Virus record (IMG/VR): IMGVR_UViG_3300047160_007712
Span: 1 to 50,683 of that record
Source: a virus
DNA length: 50,683 nt
Reading direction: 5' to 3' (one strand)
Below the pieces are notes generated by a model, which was not told where the DNA came from, searched no databases, and saw only the letters and a list, made by a program, of their open reading frames with translations. This document shows, piece by piece, positions 24,298 to 33,063 of the stretch (its first letter is position 1; the number at the start of each line of letters is the position of its first letter). The translations under genes were made by a program, and so were the position numbers.

Positions 24298-26432
24298 TGT
24301 GGTTTAGCCTTGGCCCATTTGTCCATGTATTCCCTAGCAATATGCATTTGTAGGACTTGATCATCGCTCGGGTTCGCCCCACCCCAATTCGGCAATCGGC
24401 GAATGATGTCGGCCTCTTCGGGCGGGACATTCGTCACATCACCCGTCTCAAACCACGGCGGCTTGGCACCACCGCCAAACCAACCGCCCTCACTCCAGCC
24501 AGAGAACAGCCGCGTTCCGGCCTTTTGAATTTCCTCATCACTCATCGGCTTGTCATATTGGATTTGGTAATCGGTCATGATTTGATGCAGGGTGCCTTTA
24601 AACAGATTGTAATTGTCCGCATCACTCTTCAGGCCGATCTTGTTTATCATCGGCCCAAGAACCTGCAACGCATGGGGCACTTGCGGCGCGGCGTCCTCTT
24701 CATTGCGCACTTTCGCTTGCATATCGCTCAACACGCCCTTCCACTTGCGCGGTAGGTCAAGGGTCCATGGGTTAATTGCCAGGAAGTCTCGGCGGTCATC
24801 GCCCTGAGTGCTAATCCCCATCCCTTTCAAGCGATGGAATAGCTCCGATCGCTCTTCAGTCTCGCCCACATCGCCCTTCGCGTTGTCCTCCCAAGCGCGG
24901 CGGAACGTTGACAGCTTCTTCGGGTCGTTGAGCTGATACCACTCCAATGCCTGCTTCGCGGCCGGATCGGTCATGACCTCCTCGACCGAAGTCGGCAGGG
25001 TCTTGTTTGGGCCGACGCCGTTGTTAATTGCGTCGAAAATCGCACTGGATTGATGGAACTCAGTATCGTCGAATTCCTTCTTGTTCGCGCTGACTGCTGT
25101 ATCGTTTCGTTGGTGCGCCCGCTCCTTCAACGGCTCATTGCCGGGATCAATCATATCCGCCTGCCGATCGGTTTCGGCATTGATGTCGGCCAACGGCACA
25201 CGCTTGGCCAAGGCATGGTTGGCGATTTGGAGATACTGCGCGACGGTATGGAAACGATCTGATTTGTCCATCTCTGCATCTGGATTACCCGAGAACCAAG
25301 CCTTTGCGGCGCGATTGAACGAGCCGTATCGCTCCATGTATTGGCCAAATCTAATGTTAAACAATTTATCCTGCGCTGATCGATCGGCCAGGAACGCCTC
25401 CGCCGACATCGGTGGCATCTTGGCTTCATCAAGCCACTTATCCAGGTTATATGTCATGACCTGATACGCCCCAAGCCCATGTCCGGCCGGATGGTCTTTG
25501 GTCGCGGCGACTTCAGGCCCGGTGCCGGTGTAGTTTCCACCCTCAATCGCCTTGATCCCAATCTGGGCAGTGCCAGCGTCAACGATCTTTTCCCCGAACA
25601 TCAAATGCGCGCCAGACATCACTCCGGCCGAGAGGTTTCGTGACACTTGGTCGAGGAACTTCTCATTCACATACCCAAGCTCTTTATCAACCCGATCGCC
25701 CGAGACGTCCTTGTTGCTGATCGCCCGAGCCAACATCTCCTTGGCCTTTTGCGGCTCGGTGTCGGCCATAGCGTGAACTCTGTTAAGAAGATCGTCCGAC
25801 AACTGCATCGCGATTGTCAGGTTCAATTTGTCCTTCGACCAGCCCTTGGTCAAGGCCTGGCCCTGTAGTGTCTTTATCGAATCATTCCTCAACGCCTCGT
25901 ACATATCATCCGACGAGGGGTTTTGAACAATCCCACGACTATTTGCCTTGATCCGGGCGTCATCGGTTTCGTCGTTATAGACCTTGAGCTGCTGCCCAGT
26001 ATGACTGGCCATTTCATTCGACAGGCGAAATTGCCACATGCGGGATTCATTGTCGTAGAGCTGTTGCTCAAACGGGCCCGTGCCTTGGCCCCATTTGGTC
26101 CTTGCGGCATCGACCCGCTGTCGGGCTTGGTTGAATGCCTCGGGGCTGGCATTCGCGCCTTGTTTTGAAAGAAATTCGGAGGTAATATCCTGCGCTTCGT
26201 TTTGAAACCCGGTCAGTCGGGAATTGGCATCAGCGTGGATTTTGAACTCTTGCAGTGCATAGGCGCGGTCAAACATCTCCTTCCCAGCGCCCTGCTCAAC
26301 CGTGCCGAGATGGCCGATTGCCTCGGCGACGTTGATGCCAAAGGCCTGTGGCGGGACCTGCGGCCTTAACGGCGCGATTGGATCGACGTCTAAATGGCCC
26401 TGAATAACGCCGGTGTAGGGAACCTCAGGCAT
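24294..26432 (-). CDS. Internal virion protein with a lytic-transglycosylase-like domain (712 aa)
   Basis: AIEGGNYTG...GHGLGAYQVMTYNLDKW...AAKAWFSG (residues about 285-385) resembles the SLT E-x-G / G-L-x-Q / A-x-x-G motifs. Confidence 0.6.
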   Translation of the reverse strand: MPEVPYTGVIQGHLDVDPIAPLRPQVPPQAFGINVAEAIGHLGTVEQGAGKEMFDRAYALQEFKIHADANSRLTGFQNEAQDITSEFLSKQGANASPEAFNQARQRVDAARTKWGQGTGPFEQQLYDNESRMWQFRLSNEMASHTGQQLKVYNDETDDARIKANSRGIVQNPSSDDMYEALRNDSIKTLQGQALTKGWSKDKLNLTIAMQLSDDLLNRVHAMADTEPQKAKEMLARAISNKDVSGDRVDKELGYVNEKFLDQVSRNLSAGVMSGAHLMFGEKIVDAGTAQIGIKAIEGGNYTGTGPEVAATKDHPAGHGLGAYQVMTYNLDKWLDEAKMPPMSAEAFLADRSAQDKLFNIRFGQYMERYGSFNRAAKAWFSGNPDAEMDKSDRFHTVAQYLQIANHALAKRVPLADINAETDRQADMIDPGNEPLKERAHQRNDTAVSANKKEFDDTEFHQSSAIFDAINNGVGPNKTLPTSVEEVMTDPAAKQALEWYQLNDPKKLSTFRRAWEDNAKGDVGETEERSELFHRLKGMGISTQGDDRRDFLAINPWTLDLPRKWKGVLSDMQAKVRNEEDAAPQVPHALQVLGPMINKIGLKSDADNYNLFKGTLHQIMTDYQIQYDKPMSDEEIQKAGTRLFSGWSEGGWFGGGAKPPWFETGDVTNVPPEEADIIRRLPNWGGANPSDDQVLQMHIAREYMDKWAKAKPQ

Positions 26433-27010
26433 TAGAACATCCCTCCCGCAGCGCCGCTGCTACCACCACTCCCGCCCCAAAGACCCATCGTTCCACCCTT
26501 GAGCCATTCACTCGACACTGAACTCGCCGTGCCGAGGATCGACCCAATGCCGCCGATGATCCCGGCTTCTCGGGCGTTCTTCCCCGCGACCACATCGGCC
26601 GCGGCTTCAGCCCCAAACACATTCGCCTGTGCGCGATAGTTGTACGCAACCTTCGCGGCGTTTGATCGGGTGAAGGTCGTCTGCATGCGGTTGAGCTCGG
26701 CCGCACTCTGCTGTACGGCCTTGAACGAACCAGAGGTAACGGCCAATCCTGAGGCCGATTGGTTTGCAACAATCCGGCCCAACTGCTGCGCCCCGGCCTG
26801 GCCCTCTTGTAGGGCCTGAGCCTCACCAGCTTGAATTGCAAATTCAGAATTCTGCTGCATGATTTGGGCGTTGAGCCTCGCAACCCCGGCTTGATAGTCG
26901 TAGTATTGTTGTTGGGCCTGGCCACCATAGATTTGGCCTAGAAGGCCGCTAAACCCCCCGGCAATGGATGTGCCAATGCTAAACGCGCCGATGTTCTCTT
27001 GCAGCGACAT
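26432..27010 (-). CDS. Internal virion protein (192 aa), in the T7 gp14 position
   Basis: Track ORF that is Q/A/G-rich with a Gly-rich C-terminus. The call rests on position and size only. Confidence 0.5.
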   Translation of the reverse strand: MSLQENIGAFSIGTSIAGGFSGLLGQIYGGQAQQQYYDYQAGVARLNAQIMQQNSEFAIQAGEAQALQEGQAGAQQLGRIVANQSASGLAVTSGSFKAVQQSAAELNRMQTTFTRSNAAKVAYNYRAQANVFGAEAAADVVAGKNAREAGIIGGIGSILGTASSVSSEWLKGGTMGLWGGSGGSSGAAGGMF

Positions 27011-27011
27011 G

Positions 27012-27401
27012 TTATTTCACCAACTTGAACACCAATCCCCCCGGCCCGGGCTCTACCTTCGCCCCAAGACGCCGAAGCCAATGCGCGCTGTCACGGTTGC
27101 AATGGCCAACGATGCGAGGGTAGCGATACCAAGCGGCCTCAACAACTCGATATCCCCATCGGCCGAGGATATATGGAAATTGAACAGCTTGCTGGCTAGT
27201 GTACATCCACAAGTAAGCATCGTCGGCAAGGAGTGTTGGGGGGATAAAGCCCAAGACCACAAGGAAATGGCCACGATAGTCGCCCCGAAGGATAGGGTCG
27301 CTAAGGCCGCCAGCTCGAACGATGTCAGCGAGTTCGGCCGGTTCAGGAATTGGGAGGGCTTCAAGGTCATCTGGCTCCACGCGAGTGATGGCGGCGTTCA
27401 T
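27012..27401 (-). CDS. Hypothetical virion-assembly protein (129 aa), in the T7 gp13 position
   Basis: Start trimmed to ATG 27401, which overlaps the upstream stop (ATGA). Confidence 0.5.
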   Translation of the reverse strand: MNAAITRVEPDDLEALPIPEPAELADIVRAGGLSDPILRGDYRGHFLVVLGFIPPTLLADDAYLWMYTSQQAVQFPYILGRWGYRVVEAAWYRYPRIVGHCNRDSAHWLRRLGAKVEPGPGGLVFKLVK

Positions 27402-30289
27402 CGATCGTCGCCGATGGTATAGTTGGGGAACACACCAAGGATAGTTGCCGGATATGGGAGCGATTGTTGGATGCAATACTGGCCCGGGATGGTGTATGTC
27501 GGCCCGATGAATGTTCGAGCATCGCCGGTGAACAGGCCCGAGACCCGTTGAATGGGTTGGCCGATCAGCATTGAGCCGACGTTGCCAACGATCAAATCCT
27601 GCATCGGGACCAGATGCTGGAAGTCCGGGCCGATGGACAGACCGAGGGTTTGATGAACCCTTACATCCACGTTGTTGATCTTCTTCGCCTTGCCTTGGAC
27701 TGACGGCTCGCCTAGGTCCAAGGGTAGGGTTTGAAGCTGGCAGGTGTATGGCAGGCCGATCGTCACGGTCACGTACCCGACCGCGGGGGAGGGCGGCGCG
27801 GGGAGGGTGAATGCGCCGCCAAGGGGCATCACGAACGGCGCGATGACGGTGACGTTGCCGCGGTCATCGGTCGCTAGGCCCGTGACGGTAAGGCCGGACA
27901 GGTTCTCCGCGCCTTGAAATGCCAAGATCGGCGGCCCGTTGTACTGCGCGCCAGAGTCCACACACCAAGCAGACTGCACGCCCTGTGGGAACACGCGCTC
28001 GACCACGCGCTCGATGTATTTGACCAACTGCCCTTCCACCGCGCGCTCGACCACCACATACACCGAATTCACCGTCCCGGACTCTTGCGACGGCTCGGTG
28101 ACCGACGCCACCGACGAGAACGCGCCTTGAGTGATTTGATGTGACCAGCCGACGAACTCTTGCTCTTTGAGAAAAGTCAATGTGAGCATTACGCCGTCAT
28201 TGCGAATCGCCCAAACTTCGTAGAATGGTTGCTCGGCCCAAGCCCATTCGAGGAGGGTGAAGCCATAGAACAGATGTGAGGCCCAGACCGAGATGTCGAT
28301 CCCGGTGAAGGTGTTGAAGTAGATGTTGTAGGTCAGATCGCGGACCTTAACGTCGTTGGATTCAACGTAGAGGATGTCCCAATTGGTGGTGATCGGCGGC
28401 ATGTCATTCGCGCCGATGAAGGATTGCTGCGCCGCGACGATGGTGGTGGGGGTGACTGCACCACTGACGCCGGAGAAGTTAAACCCACCATTGATCGCCC
28501 ATGCGGCCTTGTCGGTTAGCATCAACATCCCGGCGGGAACACTGACAATTGACTTGATGGTTGATAGAGTGTTGGCGACTAGCGTGCCGGTGATCGCATC
28601 GCTGGCGATGATCGGGTTGTGGGTGTTGAAATTGAAGTAAAACCCCGGGGTCGACATCCAGAACGTGGACGGGGCGGAGGTGGTTGCCGCCAGGGTCAGG
28701 CGCTGTTGAAAGAACCCACAAACGCCCGGATTGCCGTTGCCGGTTGGGGTTAGATTCAAATCCCCCGTGGCTGAGCCAGAGGTGAAGAACAGCGACGGTT
28801 GGGAGGTGAACCCAAGGCCGGGGTTGGAAATCACAATCTGCCCAACGCCCCAACTCGCGGAGATCGTGCAGCCGGTACCGGTGCCAGTGGAGGAAATTTG
28901 CGGAATGGGATTGCTAGGCACTGAGCCCGAGGAGATCGCGCCGGGAGAGCGAACGCCGAGTGATGCCACCACGCCGCTCGACACCGTCAGCACGACCATG
29001 ACGATTGAATTGCCAAAGAACAACACATCGCCCACAGCATGCCCAGTGCCGCCAGCAGTGATCGTGGGCGCGCCCTGGATCGTGAGCACTGCATAGGCCG
29101 ACGCCCCAACCGTGGGCGAACCACCGGTAATGACCACGCCGGGGACGGTGGTGTACGAGCCGGGGGTTAGGACGGTGGCGAATGCAATGCCCTCACCAAC
29201 GAACGGGTTTTCACTCTGCGGCGGGCCTTCGCTGAAGTCAGGGACGATGTTGGAGTCAATGAAGGTTGTCCCATAGGCGAAGCCGACGAAACCATAGAAC
29301 ACCCCGGCGGGTTGGACGCCGAAGTAGGAAATATCGGCTTCATAGACGTTGTAGGCCTTCGCGCCCGGAACAGCGTTCCAGTAGATTTGATTCGACCCGC
29401 CATAGGTGCGGATGTCCACCACCGGGCCGAATGAGCCGATGTTCGACGGGAGGGACTCTTGGCCGTTGGCGTCGATTGAGGTCACTTCGTAGGAATAGTA
29501 TGATTGCCCAAGTGTGTTCGGGGTGGTGAAGATGTCAACTCCTGGAAGCGTGGTCGTGACTTGGGTCAACGTCGGCGCGGAGGCAGTTGAGCCGAAGCTG
29601 ATCGTTGACAGAACCCAATTCAGCGGGCCGGACAAGGTCAGGGTCATTGGTTGGTAGCTGGTATGGGTCAGCACCATTTCAGCCTGAGACTGCGCGAACT
29701 TCAGCTTGGCCAAATCGCTCGCGTTGTATGGTGTGCTGATGGTGTAAAGGCGCTGAGTGCCGCCCGTTCCACCGATCCAGGGCGAATAGGCGGTTGAATT
29801 GACCGGATTGCCGAACATGTCGTTGATGGTGACGGACGCGCCGGTGACAGCAGCAACGGTGAAATATCGCCCGTTGAGTTGCGTCATGCCCGCGGAGACA
29901 ATAGCATAGACCATATCCCCAACGGCGTAGTTGTTGCCGGTGATGGTCAGCACGCATGGGTTCGCTTGAGTCGCGCCCGAGATTGCGAAGGCGTTCTCAA
30001 GCACCGGCGAGCCTTGGTACATGAACCGGATGTAGTTCTGGCCGAATTCAAGAACATAACCCAGATTGTATGAGGCTTGGAATGGGATCAATCGCACCGC
30101 ATTGGTCGAGTCCCTGGCCGGCGCGATGAACTGGGTCCCGGCCCTGGTCGATGCGCCGCCACGATAATCGACGAAGAAGTTTTGCAGCAACGCCGCGGCG
30201 GAACGGTACTTGGCAATATCAACCCGCGCGAATAAACTCGGCGACCATTCGCCGGAGTTGAATGAGGCTGTAACGGCAATGTCGGCCAA
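27398..30289 (-). CDS. Tail tubular protein B (nozzle)-like (963 aa)
   Basis: The N-terminus SFNSGEWSPSLFARVDIAKYRSAAALLQNFFVDYRGGASTRAGTQF...LIPFQASYNLGYVLEFG matches the podovirus gp12-like pattern from memory. TTG is the only possible start in this frame. Confidence 0.65.
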   Translation of the reverse strand: MADIAVTASFNSGEWSPSLFARVDIAKYRSAAALLQNFFVDYRGGASTRAGTQFIAPARDSTNAVRLIPFQASYNLGYVLEFGQNYIRFMYQGSPVLENAFAISGATQANPCVLTITGNNYAVGDMVYAIVSAGMTQLNGRYFTVAAVTGASVTINDMFGNPVNSTAYSPWIGGTGGTQRLYTISTPYNASDLAKLKFAQSQAEMVLTHTSYQPMTLTLSGPLNWVLSTISFGSTASAPTLTQVTTTLPGVDIFTTPNTLGQSYYSYEVTSIDANGQESLPSNIGSFGPVVDIRTYGGSNQIYWNAVPGAKAYNVYEADISYFGVQPAGVFYGFVGFAYGTTFIDSNIVPDFSEGPPQSENPFVGEGIAFATVLTPGSYTTVPGVVITGGSPTVGASAYAVLTIQGAPTITAGGTGHAVGDVLFFGNSIVMVVLTVSSGVVASLGVRSPGAISSGSVPSNPIPQISSTGTGTGCTISASWGVGQIVISNPGLGFTSQPSLFFTSGSATGDLNLTPTGNGNPGVCGFFQQRLTLAATTSAPSTFWMSTPGFYFNFNTHNPIIASDAITGTLVANTLSTIKSIVSVPAGMLMLTDKAAWAINGGFNFSGVSGAVTPTTIVAAQQSFIGANDMPPITTNWDILYVESNDVKVRDLTYNIYFNTFTGIDISVWASHLFYGFTLLEWAWAEQPFYEVWAIRNDGVMLTLTFLKEQEFVGWSHQITQGAFSSVASVTEPSQESGTVNSVYVVVERAVEGQLVKYIERVVERVFPQGVQSAWCVDSGAQYNGPPILAFQGAENLSGLTVTGLATDDRGNVTVIAPFVMPLGGAFTLPAPPSPAVGYVTVTIGLPYTCQLQTLPLDLGEPSVQGKAKKINNVDVRVHQTLGLSIGPDFQHLVPMQDLIVGNVGSMLIGQPIQRVSGLFTGDARTFIGPTYTIPGQYCIQQSLPYPATILGVFPNYTIGDDR

Positions 30290-30296
30290 GGGTCAA

Positions 30297-31451
30297 TCAC
30301 CCAAATATCGGATACATCCCGCCCCAATCAAAGCCCGTGTATGGCCCCGAGTAGGGTTGGGGGAAATCAATTCCGCGAATTCGCATCCAATCGGGCGTGA
30401 CGTCGTTGACGGTAAACGCCTCATTGCCATCATTCGCCCGCGACCAAAGGATGGAATTGTTGACTTCTTGAATTGCCATATTCGCGAGCTTCTTGTCGCC
30501 GGTAAGGGGGATGGTGATCTCGGCGCCAAGGGCTTTGGCCCAGGTTTCAATGAAGTTCGCGTCCATTGTATCCGGGTCGGTGATGTCTTGGATGTATGAC
30601 CCAATGGCGAATTCTTGGTTGGTTAGCACCACACGCTGGTTCGAGGGCGAGGAGTAGGTCAGGTTGAACGTCGCGCCTGAGCCCGCGCCGGTGGTGAAGG
30701 ACATCGGGACGGGGTTTGGGAGTTGGGCGAAGTAACTCCCGCCGGTGATTGGGGCGAGGGCAATGCCGGGTTGCGGCGGGGCGGTTTGGGTGTTGAGCAC
30801 TTGGGAGATGACCGAGACGGTGGTGATCGCGCCGCCAACGCCCACAGCGGTGACGAGCAATTGCACTGGGCCGCCGACAGGTTGAAGGCCCTGAGCGGCG
30901 GTAGGTTGTTGGCCAGTGGTTGGATTGAGCATGCCGGGACCGAAGGCGATGTCGCCGACGGCAAATCCCGTGCCGCCGCTGACCACTGACGCGGCAATTA
31001 CTGGAACAAACGTGTCGTTTTGGACCTTGAACTTGACCGGCGGCCCTTGCCAGAACGATGCAGCGCCACCTGTGACGGCGGTGGTGATGGGAATGCCGCC
31101 CGCAAAGCCCGTTTGGGTTGAGGGAATGACAAAGCACATTCGAAGACAATCCACCGGGAATTGGTATTCATAACACCACGGTGGCGCTGGTTGGCCGGGC
31201 GACCATAGGGTTGTGGCCGCCATGGTGTTTTCGGGCGTTCCGGGGGCGGAGGTGATGTAGATTAGGTTCGCTGTTTTCATCCCGTGGTTCCACGGGGCCA
31301 TTCGCAGTAACCGCCGACGGACATTGTCGATGGTGAGGTTGATCTGGATCGCTTCGTTGGTTGAATTCCCCGCCAGCTCGGCGTCGGTCACGTTGGTGCG
31401 AGTGCCGGGGACCTTAAGCGCCCAGTTAGCAATGTCCGTCGCGGTGGTCAT
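30297..31451 (-). CDS. Tail tubular protein A (adaptor)-like with an inserted domain (384 aa)
   Basis: IANWALKVPGTRTNVTDAEL...EAIQINLTIDNVRRRLLRMAPWNHG resembles gp11-like N-termini. It lies directly upstream of the tubular B gene. Confidence 0.55.
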   Translation of the reverse strand: MTTATDIANWALKVPGTRTNVTDAELAGNSTNEAIQINLTIDNVRRRLLRMAPWNHGMKTANLIYITSAPGTPENTMAATTLWSPGQPAPPWCYEYQFPVDCLRMCFVIPSTQTGFAGGIPITTAVTGGAASFWQGPPVKFKVQNDTFVPVIAASVVSGGTGFAVGDIAFGPGMLNPTTGQQPTAAQGLQPVGGPVQLLVTAVGVGGAITTVSVISQVLNTQTAPPQPGIALAPITGGSYFAQLPNPVPMSFTTGAGSGATFNLTYSSPSNQRVVLTNQEFAIGSYIQDITDPDTMDANFIETWAKALGAEITIPLTGDKKLANMAIQEVNNSILWSRANDGNEAFTVNDVTPDWMRIRGIDFPQPYSGPYTGFDWGGMYPIFG

Positions 31452-31646
31452 CTAGTGTCGCCCTTGCATGACCTTATTGCCGTGATTTGTCCCAGCCGAC
31501 ATGCCGACGTATTGGTCCTTCGGGCCGGTTGGGGGCGAATACCGCAGCGGTTTGGCGCTCTCAACCCCGCCGCACTCAGCGCGGGCGACTCGACCAGTGA
31601 ACCGGCTGGCGTCGTTGCCGTACATGGACAGAATATCTTTTCCCAT
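31452..31646 (-). CDS. Hypothetical protein (64 aa)
   Basis: Track ORF, packed tightly between its neighbours. Confidence 0.5.
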   Translation of the reverse strand: MGKDILSMYGNDASRFTGRVARAECGGVESAKPLRYSPPTGPKDQYVGMSAGTNHGNKVMQGRH

Positions 31647-31870
31647 TAAATCCTCCTATCAGCGACGGTTGGTTGGGACGGGGTGACGATGTTGGGCGAC
31701 GGCGATGCAGATGCACCGGCCGATGCATTGGGCGACGCACCGGGCCTAAGCAACGCCACAAGCTCCATCCTCGCCGCGGATGCAAGCGGCATGGCCTCGG
31801 GAACGTTGATGGACTTATGCAGCACATCCAGCAACAACCTCGCGCGCTCGAAGTCAATTTGTGTCGCCAT
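31646..31870 (-). CDS. Hypothetical protein (74 aa)
   Basis: ATG 31870 with AAGGAAGG 8 nt upstream. Trimmed from the track ORF. Confidence 0.55.
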   Translation of the reverse strand: MATQIDFERARLLLDVLHKSINVPEAMPLASAARMELVALLRPGASPNASAGASASPSPNIVTPSQPTVADRRI

Positions 31871-32056
31871 GTTCAGTACCTTCCTTGTGAACCACAATGG
31901 TGGTGGGTGGATTTGTTCATCGGGGCCTTATAGCCACGACTGGCCGATTGGATTTGGTCGCTGCTCCCAACCTGCCGAATGCCGATGTGGGATGCGGTCT
32001 TGGGCGCGACTGCTCGAGGCCGTGGCTCGACCTTGGGCTCGGACACGTACGTTGTT

Positions 32057-32440
32057 CTACCCTGCGTCATCCTTTGGACTCCATTTTGGAAATGTACGAG
32101 TGTGGTCGTACCGATTGCCGCCGCGTTGGGACATCTCGCGGCGAACTCGTTCGAACGTCCCCCCATCGCCGAAGAGGTCTTCGACAATGTGGCGATATCG
32201 GTCCGAGCAGCGTTCGAGCTCACGGTGAAGGAACGGCGGTGGCTCTTGGCCGTTTTCGTGGTAAAGCCAAACGATGTCGTGCACGTCGTGGTAGTACATG
32301 ATAAACCGCCGAGCTTTTTCAGGAACTTCGCTCTCGGCGTCTTTCATGTACTTGACGACTTCACGAACCTCGAGTAGGATCGCGCGCATATCTCGGGCGA
32401 TGCGGGCGATTGATAGATCGTTGTCGTCATCCTCTACCAT
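32057..32440 (-). CDS. Hypothetical protein (127 aa)
   Basis: Track ORF with globular composition. Confidence 0.55.
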   Translation of the reverse strand: MVEDDDNDLSIARIARDMRAILLEVREVVKYMKDAESEVPEKARRFIMYYHDVHDIVWLYHENGQEPPPFLHRELERCSDRYRHIVEDLFGDGGTFERVRREMSQRGGNRYDHTRTFPKWSPKDDAG

Positions 32441-32568
32441 TACTTGCCTCGTTTCTTCTTCATTGCGGTCGAGAGCAGTTTCCCGCCCTTATCCGCACGA
32501 TTGAAATCCTTCCCGACCTTCTGCGGCACACCGCCGAAACCGCCTTTGGTATGTGCGGCGGCGGCCAT
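32440..32568 (-). CDS. Possible 42-aa Lys/Gly-rich peptide
   Basis: My own translation: MAAAAHTKGGFGGVPQKVGKDFNRADKGGKLLSTAMKKKRGK. TAATG overlaps the next ORF. There is no clear RBS. Confidence 0.25.
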   Translation of the reverse strand: MAAAAHTKGGFGGVPQKVGKDFNRADKGGKLLSTAMKKKRGK

Positions 32569-32593
32569 CAAGCGGGCTTGTGCTGGGGTTTTG

Positions 32594-32824
32594 CTAGGCG
32601 TGATCGGGCTCCTTGGTTGTGTTCAAGCCCGCGATTGGGATCACATCCCCGGGCAAGAACGGGTTGACGATAACATAGATCGAAACAATCGTCGTGGCCC
32701 AGGATTGGATGTAGTCCACAACCCACTGTGGGATACCGAGCGGGAAGTGGACCGCGCCTTGGGATGCCGCGGCGACTACGGCCATGACGATGGAGATGGC
32801 CAGGCCCCATTGCTTTTGGGTCAT
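32594..32824 (-). CDS. Holin candidate, two predicted transmembrane helices (76 aa)
   Basis: The hydrophobic stretches are WGLAISIVMAVVAAASQGAV and WATTIVSIYVIVNPFL. It follows the tail fibre, as T7 gp17.5 does. Confidence 0.5.
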   Translation of the reverse strand: MTQKQWGLAISIVMAVVAAASQGAVHFPLGIPQWVVDYIQSWATTIVSIYVIVNPFLPGDVIPIAGLNTTKEPDHA

Positions 32825-33063
32825 TTGGGTGGGTCCTTGGATGCGGTTGGAGGCGATTTCACCGCGTCGAGTTGCTTTTTTAAATCCGCGATTTCCTTTT
32901 CATCGGATTGAACCTTGGCGTTCAGCGCTGCAACCCGGCCATTGGCCTCAGTGAGGAGCTGGACGTAGCTGTCCACCACTGGGTCCGGCGGGGGCGGGCT
33001 TGGGCTTTGGGCCAGCGCTGGGCGCAGGGTGAGCAACATGCTGAGCAGCAATAATCTCTTCAT
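32821..33063 (-). CDS. Signal-anchor/coiled-coil protein (80 aa), i-spanin-like
   Basis: MKRLLLLSMLLTLRPALA/QS, then a Pro-rich stretch, then the coiled coil VVDSYVQLLTEANGRVAALNAKVQSDEKEIADLKKQL. It overlaps the fibre 3' end by 116 nt. Confidence 0.5.
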   Translation of the reverse strand: MKRLLLLSMLLTLRPALAQSPSPPPPDPVVDSYVQLLTEANGRVAALNAKVQSDEKEIADLKKQLDAVKSPPTASKDPPK

